A DNA stretch of 54,316 nt from a bacterium (lineage in GTDB: Bacteria > CG2-30-53-67 > CG2-30-70-394): positions 1-54,316 of the forward strand of contig JAJRSX010000203.1 in NCBI GenBank assembly GCA_024278555.1, read 5' to 3'. Position numbers and translations under genes: made by a program. The notes beneath the pieces are model-generated. The model did no database searches and was not told the DNA's origin. It was given only the letters and a program-made list of their open reading frames with translations. Positions 36,332-44,384 of the stretch are shown here, piece after piece (positions within the stretch are counted from its first letter, which is position 1; every line of letters begins with the position of its first letter).

Positions 36332-36667
36332 TCATACGACGATGCCGTCCAGGCGTACCGGCCGGCCGTCGGGGAGGTAGTTGCCCTCGATGGCCAGGGT
36401 GACGTGGCCCCCGTCGATGGCATCGGCGGCCACGGCGGTGAGCCGCAGGCGCGGCTCCCAGGTGGCCAGCGCCTCGGCGGTGGCGGCGGCCAGATCGAGC
36501 AGGGTGTTCTGGTTCAGGGGCGCGTCCACCAGGTCGAACAGCCGGCTGCCGTAGGCGCGGCGCATCACCCGCGAGCCCAGCGGCGTGGTCAGAATATCGC
36601 GCACCGACTGGCGCAGGTGATCGATGCCGGAGATCGGCTTGCCGGTGGCGGCGTTGGTGCCGATCAC
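36332..36667 (-). CDS. Baseplate protein W (GPW/gp25 family)
   Basis: 111-aa ORF. DHLRQSVRDILTTPLGSRVMRRAYGSRLFDLVDAP matches the GPW_gp25 signature. Confidence 0.8.
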   Translation of the reverse strand: MIGTNAATGKPISGIDHLRQSVRDILTTPLGSRVMRRAYGSRLFDLVDAPLNQNTLLDLAAATAEALATWEPRLRLTAVAADAIDGGHVTLAIEGNYLPDGRPVRLDGIVV

Positions 36668-36876
36668 AGGACCACCCCCGTGTGCTCACCGTCGGGGGCG
36701 CCGCTGGTCGTCTGCACCTGGGCGCTGCTGGTGATATGGGCCACCACCGCCGCGGCGATCGCCTCGGCATACCGGGTGATCCAGTCCGTCCCGTCCCGCT
36801 TCGGGTTCGGGGTGATCCCGCGGGCGGCCAGCTCAGCGAGGATCAGCCCCTTGAGGGTCGCACCGGAGAGGGCCAT
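36664..36876 (-). CDS. Small hypothetical baseplate-module protein
   Basis: ATG at 36876 (MALSGATLKGLILAELAARGI...) shares one base with the gpV stop (TGATG). 70 aa with 4-nt overlap onto gpW. No family recognised. Confidence 0.5.
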   Translation of the reverse strand: MALSGATLKGLILAELAARGITPNPKRDGTDWITRYAEAIAAAVVAHITSSAQVQTTSGAPDGEHTGVVL

Positions 36877-37550
36877 CAGTAGCTCTCCTTCACGGTCGCC
36901 GAGTAGTCCGGGTGGGGCGCCCCGGTGAAGGCGCAGATGCACTGGCCGGTCACCGTGCCGGTGAGCGAGCCGCTGCCCCCGTCGATCTCCACCTGGTGGG
37001 CGGTGAGGGTCGCCTTGCCGCCGGCGGTGACGTCGCAGGTGGTCCCCACGTCCACCGTCGCGGCCTGGCCCACGGTGACGTCGGCGCTCCCGTCCACCGC
37101 CACCGTCGCCGCCCCGGTGGTGTGGACATGGGCCTCGCCGTCGATCTCCACCGCCACCTGCGCGCTCGGCCCGGCCACGGTGACGGTGAGGTGGTGGGCG
37201 GCCCGGTCGTACTCCACGGTGGTGCCGTCAGCGAAGGTGGTGCGGCGCACCGTCTCCACATCCGCCGGCGCCGGGGTGGCGCTCTGGTAGAGGGCCGGCA
37301 TCACCACCGCCTGGGCCAGCTCGCCCGAGGGGGCGAGGAGGACCACCTGCTCGCCGACCTCCGGCGCCCACCAGTCCACGTCGCCTCCGGCGCGGCGGGT
37401 GAGCCACGGGAGCCAGTCGGTGGTGAGGTCGCCCAGGTCGACGCGCAAGAGCGCGGGGGCATAGTCCGCCTCGGCCACCGTGCCGACGCGCACCACATTC
37501 GCCAGGCGCCGGGCCAGATTGGCCAGATCGATGGGGCTCACCACGCTCAT
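36876..37550 (-). CDS. Baseplate assembly/spike protein V (P2 gpV / Mu gp45-like)
   Basis: ATG at 37550 (MSVVSPIDLANLARRLANVVRVGTVAEADY...) in track ORF 36876..37691. OB-fold N-terminus, beta-helical TV-rich repeats, C-terminal apex motif GQCICAFTGAPHP. Confidence 0.8.
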   Translation of the reverse strand: MSVVSPIDLANLARRLANVVRVGTVAEADYAPALLRVDLGDLTTDWLPWLTRRAGGDVDWWAPEVGEQVVLLAPSGELAQAVVMPALYQSATPAPADVETVRRTTFADGTTVEYDRAAHHLTVTVAGPSAQVAVEIDGEAHVHTTGAATVAVDGSADVTVGQAATVDVGTTCDVTAGGKATLTAHQVEIDGGSGSLTGTVTGQCICAFTGAPHPDYSATVKESY

Positions 37551-38095
37551 CCGGTTACCGCCGTATAGTCCGGCTCGTGGCCGGTGCCGATGTCCGGTGC
37601 CACCCCGGACCACACGGTGGAGGGGATCACCCCGGAGGCGTCCCACACCGAGGTGCCGAAGCGCACCTCCTGCGTCCAGGTGATCGCCCACAGGGCGAGC
37701 CCCGCCCCGTCGACCGGGCCGGAGTAGAGGTTCTCCAGCCGCTCCAGCCGCGCCGGCCCCACGCCGGCGAGCCCCCAGCGGGCCGAGGCGCCCAAGGTGA
37801 GGAGCACCGTCTCGGCGATCCCCACCGCATCCAGGGTGCGAGCGCTCCGGCCGCGGCCGTTGCGGGTGGCGATATAGACCCCGAGGCGGAGGGAGAGCGC
37901 CACCTCCTCGCTCCCCGGATCGTCACCGGGGGTCGCGCCGAGGAGCACCACGAAGCAGGCCGGCGCCACGAAGCTCGGTCGCGATGTCTCGGCGGCGTCG
38001 AACTGGCCGGCGTAGAGCTCGCAGGCGACCGGGGGCGGCAGGGCCGCCCCGAGGGCCGCCTCCACCGCGACCAGCAGCTCCGACGGCGTCGCCAT
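37547..38095 (-). CDS. Mu gp37-like protein (DUF1834)
   Basis: 182-aa ORF following the gp36-like gene as in Mu. ...LYAGQFDAAE....PACFVVLLG...LRLGVYIATRN is my recollection of the DUF1834 pattern. Confidence 0.6.
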   Translation of the reverse strand: MATPSELLVAVEAALGAALPPPVACELYAGQFDAAETSRPSFVAPACFVVLLGATPGDDPGSEEVALSLRLGVYIATRNGRGRSARTLDAVGIAETVLLTLGASARWGLAGVGPARLERLENLYSGPVDGAGLALWAITWTQEVRFGTSVWDASGVIPSTVWSGVAPDIGTGHEPDYTAVTG

Positions 38096-38595
38096 TAGTA
38101 CGACCCTCCGAAGTCGTGGCGGTCGACGGAAAAGGCGGGCAGATCGTCACCCGCGGTCCCATCCCCCGTCTCCCCCAGCCCGACCCGGCCGGCAGCCACC
38201 CCCTTGAGGAAGGCCACCGCGTCTTCGTAGCGGGCGCGCACCGCCTCCGAGGCACCGTCGTCATAGAGGTGGTAGCGCGCCAGATCGCAGGCGATCCGCA
38301 GGAGCACCGCGGGTACCGGGTCCAGGGGCAGGGCGAGGCGGGTGACGAGGTAGCCGTCGATCTCCGCCGCCGCATCCGCGAGCGCCTGGCCGAGCACCGC
38401 GGCGGCCGCATCCGCCGCGGCGACCTCCTCGGGCGAATACGCCGAGCGGTCGCCGCCGGCGACGGTGAGCGACAGGAGCAGCCCGTCCACCCGCGCCGTC
38501 TCCGACCGGTTGGCCACCTGCGCCATCTCGGTGGCGGAGAAACGGTCCAGCAGATCCTGAGGGGCGGCGTAGAGGCTCACTGGGCCTCCTCCCAC
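38095..38595 (-). CDS. Mu gp36-like head-tail connector protein (DUF1320)
   Basis: 166-aa ORF. LYAAPQDLLDRFSATEMAQVAN...AEIDGYLVTRLALPLDPVPAVLLRIACDLARYHLY is the DUF1320 consensus. Confidence 0.75.
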   Translation of the reverse strand: MGGGPVSLYAAPQDLLDRFSATEMAQVANRSETARVDGLLLSLTVAGGDRSAYSPEEVAAADAAAAVLGQALADAAAEIDGYLVTRLALPLDPVPAVLLRIACDLARYHLYDDGASEAVRARYEDAVAFLKGVAAGRVGLGETGDGTAGDDLPAFSVDRHDFGGSY

Positions 38596-39068
38596 AGGGC
38601 GTTCAGCAGCCGTTGCGGGCTCACTGCGGCGGCGTTGCCCACCGGCAGGGTGACCCCCGCCTGGTGCAGTAGATAGACCGCCAGCTCGGAACAGAACCAG
38701 CGGCGGCGCGCCTGAACCGGGTTGCGGCGCAGGCGAATCCCGACGAACCCCAGCAGGCCGATGATCAGCAGGGCCGGGTAGGCGAGCCAGTCGTAGCCGG
38801 CGCCTTCCACACGACAGGCCGCATCCTCCAGCGCGTCAAGATCGACATGGTCGATGGGGATAAAGATCACCCCCGGCAGCCCCTCCGGCACAAAGACCCC
38901 CCGGACCCCATGGAACGCCACCGCCTCCACCGCGAACCACCCCCCAGAGATGTCCTGGTTGCCTACCGCCACATGGACCACGTTGGGCGCCCCGTTTCGC
39001 CGGTGGGTTACGACGTCGATCGCCCGGCCGAGGAGGTGGCGCGGGCGGAAGAAGAGGAGACCGGTCAC
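38577..39068 (-). CDS. Permuted papain-fold (YiiX/YaeF, peptidase C92-like) amidase
   Basis: 163-aa ORF. The family order is conserved: GLLFFRP...VVHVAVG (His), FAVEAV (acid), GAGYDW, then the catalytic Cys in WFCSELAVYLL. One hydrophobic segment, AYPALLIIGLLGFVGI. Confidence 0.6.
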   Translation of the reverse strand: MTGLLFFRPRHLLGRAIDVVTHRRNGAPNVVHVAVGNQDISGGWFAVEAVAFHGVRGVFVPEGLPGVIFIPIDHVDLDALEDAACRVEGAGYDWLAYPALLIIGLLGFVGIRLRRNPVQARRRWFCSELAVYLLHQAGVTLPVGNAAAVSPQRLLNALWEEAQ

Positions 39069-39078
39069 GGCGACCCTC

Positions 39079-39621
39079 TCAGATCGCGTCGAGCTGGGTA
39101 ACGGCGTCGTCCGCCTCCGCGGCCACCGTCACCGCGTCGACATCCACGGCGATCGCCGCCTTCGCCCCCTGACGGAGCTGCTCGATGGCGGCGGCCAACG
39201 CGATCCACTGGGCGGCGGTCGCCAGAATGGTGTCGGCCGCCTGGGTCGGGGTGACGCCGGTGGCCGCTGACTCGGCGGCGATCAGCGGGTAGCCCGTCGT
39301 ATCGGCCGGGTACCCGGCCGCCTGGTAGGCGGCCGCCTGCTCCCGCTTCAGGGCGTAGACCGCCTCCTGGCCCGGGGTGGTGGTGATGTAGCGGGCGCGG
39401 GCCGCGCCGGCGGCACGATCCACCCGCGCCACCGCGTCTGCCTTCAGCGCGGGCAAGGGGTCGAAGGCGGCGATGGCGTCGAGGACCTCCTGCCGGCTCA
39501 CCCCGTCGGGGACGGTGACGTGGAGCACGCCTGCCTCCTGATCCAGCACGTAGCCGAGGGAGACAAGGTGCGCCTTGGTGGGGGCGGGGAGGTCGGGGAG
39601 GTCGAGGGGGTGGCGGTCCAT
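39079..39621 (-). CDS. Hypothetical phage protein (Ala-rich helical)
   Basis: 180-aa ORF whose start overlaps the upstream stop (TAATG). No family recognised. Confidence 0.55.
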   Translation of the reverse strand: MDRHPLDLPDLPAPTKAHLVSLGYVLDQEAGVLHVTVPDGVSRQEVLDAIAAFDPLPALKADAVARVDRAAGAARARYITTTPGQEAVYALKREQAAAYQAAGYPADTTGYPLIAAESAATGVTPTQAADTILATAAQWIALAAAIEQLRQGAKAAIAVDVDAVTVAAEADDAVTQLDAI

Positions 39622-40181
39622 TAGGCGAGGTCCACGGCAAGCGAGAAGGAGGCGTAGCTCGCAGTGAGTGCTGCGAGGGGCGAGGTGGGTGTGTTGTAGG
39701 ACCCGTTGAAAAAGCTCGCCCCCACCACAGTCGGGGCACTCGCGGTGCCGACCACCCCGGGCAACGGTCCGGGGGAGTTACACCTCTGGAGGTTCTGGCC
39801 GGCCGTCACCTGGAGCCCCACATAGGCCTCGCACCCGACCGGGATCGACAGCCCCCCCACGACCACGGCGCCGTTGTAGCCTGCGGTGATCACCCCGACC
39901 CCGGCGCCGAGCAGGGCGCGGCTATCGGCATCCCACACCGCCACCCCCACGTTGGCCGCCGCGGAGGCCCCATTGTTCTGGGTGACGAAGCGCACCGCCG
40001 TGATCGTGCCGGGGTCGGCAAAGAGGAAGGGCTCGGCCCACCAGCCGACGGAGGGGATCGCGTCCACCGCCGCCAGGTCCGGCTCGCCGCAGGCGATCGA
40101 CCAGAAGGTGCCGGTGGCCGATCCCGGCCACACGGCCCGCGCCCCGCCGCCCCCTTGCTCGCTTCGCCACAGCCCGCTCAC
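39621..40181 (-). CDS. Hypothetical phage protein (beta-rich); likely GTG start at 40181
   Basis: Track ORF 39621..40196. The GTG at 40179-40181 is preceded by GGAGGTGG and overlaps the upstream stop (GTGA). No family recognised. Confidence 0.5.
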   Translation of the reverse strand: MSGLWRSEQGGGGARAVWPGSATGTFWSIACGEPDLAAVDAIPSVGWWAEPFLFADPGTITAVRFVTQNNGASAAANVGVAVWDADSRALLGAGVGVITAGYNGAVVVGGLSIPVGCEAYVGLQVTAGQNLQRCNSPGPLPGVVGTASAPTVVGASFFNGSYNTPTSPLAALTASYASFSLAVDLA

Positions 40182-40498
40182 GCCACCACCTCCCATGTGA
40201 CCGCGCCGCCGGTGGCGGTAAGCCGCACGGCGGTGGCCGGGCCGACCAGGGCGTCAAGGGTGGCGGTGGTGACGTTGCCGGCGGGCCACGGCAGCCACCG
40301 GCCGGCGCCCGCCTCGACCTCGCTGCGCGGCGACAGGGAGAGCTCCACCAGACCGGTCGCCCCGGCCGCCGGGAAGACCCCGACGGAGACGCCCACCGGG
40401 CGCGCCCCTTGAGGGATGATGAGGGGGCCATTGGTGGTCCCGTCCGGGACGGTCGCCTGGAACTCCCAGGCGCTGCCGTTGAAGATCATGGAGGGCAT
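40178..40498 (-). CDS. Hypothetical small phage protein (beta-sandwich-like)
   Basis: 106-aa ORF with coding-like third-position bias. No family recognised and no clear SD. Confidence 0.45.
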   Translation of the reverse strand: MPSMIFNGSAWEFQATVPDGTTNGPLIIPQGARPVGVSVGVFPAAGATGLVELSLSPRSEVEAGAGRWLPWPAGNVTTATLDALVGPATAVRLTATGGAVTWEVVA

Positions 40499-40520
40499 GG
40501 GGGGCGCGCTATCGCTCGCG

Positions 40521-40548
40521 TAGAAAGTAGAAAGTAGAAACTAGAAAG
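40521..40548. repeat. 7-bp tandem repeat, TAGAAAG x4 (third unit TAGAAAC)
   Basis: Read directly: tagaaag tagaaag tagaaac tagaaag. It lies in the 57-bp spacer between two phage ORFs and is AT-rich against a GC-rich background. Confidence 0.9.
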
Positions 40549-40555
40549 GGGGTGG

Positions 40556-40807
40556 CTACGCGCCGTCGGTATCGGCGCCGGCCAGCTCCACCTCCTCGAC
40601 CACCAACATGGGCTCGCGCTTCAGGGCCGCGACCTGCTGCTCGTCGAGATCGGCCACGGCCACCTCGCAGGGTGTAGCCGGCCACGGGCGGCCGGCGCGC
40701 CGGAAGCCGTCGCGCTTCGCGGTGATGCGCAGGCCGGGCTGGGTCTTCTTCTTGGGGGGCATGGTGTCAGCTCCAATGAATCGAGGGGGCGATGGGATCG
40801 GGGGCAT
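40556..40807 (-). CDS. HI1506/Mu-like-prophage gp35-type small protein (likely start ATG 40762)
   Basis: MPPKKKTQPGLRITAKRDGFRRAGRPWPATPCEVAVADLDEQQVAALKREPMLVVEEV fits my recollection of the FluMu HI1506 N-terminal family, which follows the capsid gene in Mu-like phages. Confidence 0.6.
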   Translation of the reverse strand: MPPIPSPPRFIGADTMPPKKKTQPGLRITAKRDGFRRAGRPWPATPCEVAVADLDEQQVAALKREPMLVVEEVELAGADTDGA

Positions 40808-40821
40808 GGCCCCCTCCTACC
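40798..40821 (-). repeat. Host-type REP unit inside the prophage
   Basis: tcgggggcatggccccctcctacc is the exact reverse complement of GGTAGGAGGGGGCCATGCCCCCGA found at 19367 and 19492. It lies 4 nt downstream of the capsid stop codon. Confidence 0.85.
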
Positions 40822-40824
40822 GGG

Positions 40825-41703
40825 TTACGGCAGCCAGGGGACGACCAGGACCTCGACCGCGTCGCGGTTGATGTTGGTGGCGCCGTTGGCGTTGCGCTCG
40901 GCCTTCACCACCTCCAAGGCGGCGGCGCGGTTGGACGGCCCGACCACCAACAGGTCCGGGTTGACCCCGAGGGGCCTCCCCTCGTCGGACGAAAAGGCCA
41001 TCATCGCGGCGAGCGCGGAGGCGAAGTTGCCCCCGTCCAGGGCCGCCTGCGAGCCATACGCCTGCTGCCAGAAGCCGAAGCCGGTGTTGACCCGCGCGTC
41101 CACCCCGTAGCGGTACTCGTCGCGCATGAACACCGCCTCGTCATCCACCTTGGTCATCGCCTTCAGGGCGTAGTCGCGGCGGCGCTGGAGGATCAGGGGC
41201 TTCAGCGGCCGGCGGGTGTCGAGCAGGTACCACGGGTTGCCCCCGCCCGCCTGCATGTTGCTCACCGAGGCGCCGCCCACCGGGTGGTCGGTGTCGAAGA
41301 AGTACTGGCCGTCGTAGCACGGGGTGGCGAAGCCGGCGGCCAGCAGCCCGAAGACCAGCTCGTCCGGGTGGGTGGCGGCGGAGTAGCCCATCTCCCCGAA
41401 CAGCGGCGTGTAGACCCCGTAGGTGTCGTCCTCGATGTCGTCGCGCGGCACCGCCACGGTGGACTCGAACTTCTTGTTCTTGATGGCGTAATCGTGGCTC
41501 GCCATCGACTTGATCTGCCGATCCCCGAGCCACTCGCGCATGCGCGGGAACTGGCCGAGCCAGGCGTACTTCTCTTGCTTGGTCGTCGACGGCACCAGGG
41601 TGGCGATCCGCTGCCAGTTGGGGGTCACCCCCTGAAAGGCGCCGGCGAACGCCGCCTTGAAGCCGGTGAAGAGATCGGTGAGCGATGCCTGGTTGATGAT
41701 CAT
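40825..41703 (-). CDS. Major head subunit (Mu gpT-like)
   Basis: 292-aa ORF. MIINQASLTDLFTGFKAAFAGAFQGVTPNWQRIATLVPSTTKQEKYAWLGQFPRMREWLGDRQ is the characteristic Mu-like gpT N-terminus. Confidence 0.88.
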   Translation of the reverse strand: MIINQASLTDLFTGFKAAFAGAFQGVTPNWQRIATLVPSTTKQEKYAWLGQFPRMREWLGDRQIKSMASHDYAIKNKKFESTVAVPRDDIEDDTYGVYTPLFGEMGYSAATHPDELVFGLLAAGFATPCYDGQYFFDTDHPVGGASVSNMQAGGGNPWYLLDTRRPLKPLILQRRRDYALKAMTKVDDEAVFMRDEYRYGVDARVNTGFGFWQQAYGSQAALDGGNFASALAAMMAFSSDEGRPLGVNPDLLVVGPSNRAAALEVVKAERNANGATNINRDAVEVLVVPWLP

Positions 41704-41718
41704 GGCTGGGGTCCGTCC

Positions 41719-41937
41719 TTACGAGGCGAAGTCGAAGGTGACACCGCCGCCGGCGGCGGCGAGCACCTGCTTCAGGGTGTCGGGGGTGAGCTTGTGGGCG
41801 TGGCGGACGGTGAGACCCCCACCCCCGGTGCACGCGGCGGCGATCTTCACCAGCCCGTCCGGCGCCAGGGTGGCGGCATCCACCACCACCGCGCCGCCGT
41901 CGGCGACGATCGCCGCGAGGGTTTCCGGAGTCGGGAT
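41719..41937 (-). CDS. Small hypothetical head-module protein (GTG start)
   Basis: Hand-defined. The GTG at 41935-41937 is preceded by AAGGA. 72 aa: VIPTPETLAAIVADGGAVVVDAATLAPDGLVKIAAACTGGGGLTVRHAHKLTPDTLKQVLAAAGGGVTFDFAS. It is embedded in a longer junk ORF (41719..43185). Confidence 0.45.
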   Translation of the reverse strand: MPTPETLAAIVADGGAVVVDAATLAPDGLVKIAAACTGGGGLTVRHAHKLTPDTLKQVLAAAGGGVTFDFAS

Positions 41938-41948
41938 CACGGCGGTCC

Positions 41949-42344
41949 TTAGCCGATGCGGACCCAGACGCCTTCCGCGTCCACGTCGACGATGGTGCCG
42001 ACCGCCGAGGAGCCGGCGGAGGCCTCGGTGACCGACTGGTCGTCGACGATGTAGGCGGGGTCGCCGATGTTGGCGCGGGTGATGGCGCCGCCGTTGGCTA
42101 AGGGGAAGACCCCCTTGCGCACCGCCACGGAGATGTCCCCGTCGGCGCCGCCGCTGTTGTCGGCCGCCTCCTGGGCGACCCCGCGGCTGATCAGCCCGGC
42201 GGCGGCGGTGGCCGGGGCGGCGTTGCCGGCGGCATCGAGCACCACCAGGGCGCCGGCGTGGAAGACGGCCCCGGCGGCAACGGGATCGACGAAGTCGTCC
42301 CCGATACGCTCGGGGGTTGCACGGTCTTCGGTAAGAGCGGCCAT
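41949..42344 (-). CDS. DUF2190-type head decoration/cement-like protein
   Basis: 131-aa ORF between the protease/scaffold and capsid genes. Beta-rich, with ...GALVVLDAAGNAAPA...GVAQEAADNSGGADGDISVAVRKGVF, as in the DUF2190 family. Confidence 0.55.
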   Translation of the reverse strand: MAALTEDRATPERIGDDFVDPVAAGAVFHAGALVVLDAAGNAAPATAAAGLISRGVAQEAADNSGGADGDISVAVRKGVFPLANGGAITRANIGDPAYIVDDQSVTEASAGSSAVGTIVDVDAEGVWVRIG

Positions 42345-42383
42345 CAGAAATCCTCTTTTTGGGTGGGGGTGGGAGGGCGGGGG

Positions 42384-43421
42384 TTAAGCGGCGGCGAGGC
42401 CCGCCTTGTAGGTCTTGGAATCGAGCCCCATGGCGCGGCAGATGGCGGTCTGCTGGGCGTTCAGGCCATCGGCCCCCTCCCCCGTATCGGGGTCGGCGCC
42501 GCCGCTCTGGGAGCTCCGGAGCGCCGCGATGGGCTGGGCGGATTCGACGTAGCTGGTGAGCGCGGCGAGGTTGGTGGTGCCCAGCTCCCGTGCCCACCCC
42601 TCTTGGGCCGGCAGCAGGCGGCCGTCGGCCAACGCCGCGGCGACCAGGGTGTCGACCTCGCGGCCGGTGGACTCGGCGCGCAGGGCGGCGATCTCGGTGC
42701 GCAGCTCCTCCACGACCGTCACCGGCGCGTACTTCGCCGGGTCCGGGGTGGCGGTGGCCGCCTTGGCGGCGGCGACCGCGGCCTGGGCCGTGTCGATCTG
42801 GGTCCGCAGGGCGGCGATGGCCGCCACCGCGTCGTCGATGCCGGCGCCCTCGGTCAGGTCGAGGGCTTCCTTCAGTGCCTTGTCCACATCGTTCTCCAAA
42901 GGGGGTTGGGGGTCGTGCAGGGTTCGGCGGGCGGCGGCGCGCGCCACCACCTCGCTCATGCCGTCGATCGCCGGGGCGTTGGTGAGGCCGGCGTTGAGCA
43001 CGTCGAGGACCTCGCCGGACTCGGGCAGGTAGGAGAAGACCGCCGAGATGTAGCGGTACTCGGCCGCGTCGATGGCTGCGGTGGCCTTCGGCGTCCACTG
43101 CACGCCGGTGGCGAACAGCCCCTCGCCGTCGCGCCACTGAAGGCCGCTGAACCATCCGGCCGCCGGCGCCGGCTGGCCGTTCCATTCGGTGTTCAGGGTC
43201 TGGTGCTCATAGTCGATCACCCGCCGGTTGACCCGGCGAGCGCCGCGTTTGATCACCAAGGCGGCGATCTCGGCATCGAGCCGCCACGCCGCCGCGTCCC
43301 GCGGCCGGCCGTCCTCGGCCCGGAACTCCCCCGCGGGCAAGAGCTGCACCTCCGTCACCGGAGTGGCCCCCACCTCGAATGCACATGCCACCATGCCGAT
43401 GGCTTGCGACCGCGTTGTCAT
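42384..43421 (-). CDS. Head maturation protease/scaffold (Mu gpI-like)
   Basis: 345-aa ORF. VQLLPAGEFRAEDGRP...WRLDAEIAALVI....RRVIDYEHQT...AAGWF..LQWR.GEGLFA..VQWT..A...I...EYRYISAVF matches the Mu-like_Pro pattern, followed by an Ala-rich scaffold-like C-terminus. Confidence 0.8.
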   Translation of the reverse strand: MTTRSQAIGMVACAFEVGATPVTEVQLLPAGEFRAEDGRPRDAAAWRLDAEIAALVIKRGARRVNRRVIDYEHQTLNTEWNGQPAPAAGWFSGLQWRDGEGLFATGVQWTPKATAAIDAAEYRYISAVFSYLPESGEVLDVLNAGLTNAPAIDGMSEVVARAAARRTLHDPQPPLENDVDKALKEALDLTEGAGIDDAVAAIAALRTQIDTAQAAVAAAKAATATPDPAKYAPVTVVEELRTEIAALRAESTGREVDTLVAAALADGRLLPAQEGWARELGTTNLAALTSYVESAQPIAALRSSQSGGADPDTGEGADGLNAQQTAICRAMGLDSKTYKAGLAAA

Positions 43422-43758
43422 GCCGCCACCGTAGGGAGGTGGAGGCAGGCGGTGGGATTCAAGAAGTTGGGTTTATCGAGGGGGCAAGGGCGTTCTTTTT
43501 CCAGCCCGATCATGGGGGCGGACCGCATCGCCATACCTCTGTTAGTGCCCCCACACGCCCCCTCACCCACCTCGCGGACCCCAACCGCCCCCAATCCGTC
43601 CGACCCCCAGCACGGAACATGCCCTCAGACTTGGTTGAATCCTTTAACCCGGACCGGAACACCCCTCCCTATACCCAACCCTACCCTCGCCCCCTCCGGT
43701 CGATTCTAGGGCCTTACAGTGCGTCGGCCCTCTCCCCCCGTCGCGGGGAGGAGGGGGA

Positions 43759-44289
43759 TCACTTTTCCAGGGCGCGGGCGAGGTGGTCGGCGAGGATGGC
43801 GAGGATCTCCTCGCGGTCGGGCGCCGACGCCCCGAGGAAGGGGCGGGCCGGGACCGTCGAACCGGGGTGGCGGACCGAGGCCACCGGGTGGCGCCCGCCG
43901 GGCCAGGCCAGCGCCTTGGCCCGCTTCGGGCGGATGGTGTGGGCGGCCGTCAGGCCGCCGAGCTGGTGGATGGCGCCGTACAGCACGTTGGTGCCCACCT
44001 CCACCGCGCCGGCGGTGGCGAGCCAGGTGATGGAGTCGCGCAGGCGGCCGGACTCGGTGAGGGTCTTGGGGTTCTTCTTCACCGCCTTGCGCGCCGCGCT
44101 CACCGGCTTCCACTTCTGCTCATCGGGGCCGCGCTGGTCGCGGAAGCGCCCCTCGGTGGACCGCCGCAGGTGCTCGCCGATGTCCTGGTAGGCGGGGGTG
44201 AGGTCGTGGGCGGCGAGGGAGAGGCGCTTGAGGGCGTCGCGGATCGCCCGTTCTTGGTGGGCGTCGAGGCTGATGGTGAGGGTGGCCAT
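43759..44289 (-). CDS. Virion morphogenesis protein (Mu gpG-like)
   Basis: 176-aa ORF. ...AYQDIGEHLRRSTEGRFRDQRGPDEQKWKPVSAARKAVKKNPKTLTESGRLRDSITW...VEVGTNVLYGAIHQLGG is the gpG family pattern. Confidence 0.8.
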   Translation of the reverse strand: MATLTISLDAHQERAIRDALKRLSLAAHDLTPAYQDIGEHLRRSTEGRFRDQRGPDEQKWKPVSAARKAVKKNPKTLTESGRLRDSITWLATAGAVEVGTNVLYGAIHQLGGLTAAHTIRPKRAKALAWPGGRHPVASVRHPGSTVPARPFLGASAPDREEILAILADHLARALEK

Positions 44290-44384
44290 TTGCTAGAGTC
44301 CGTTCACGGTGTCGAGGTGAGGGCCGTGCCCCACCGACCCTCGGCATTTGCCCACCCTTGCCGCGGGGGGTGAGGCCCCATTTC

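Noticed and set aside
43379-44191. Plus-strand 270-aa ORF spanning the gpG-protease gap.
   Set aside because: It is mostly antisense to the well-supported gpG gene and has Pro/Arg-rich composition. The gap is treated as non-coding regulatory DNA.
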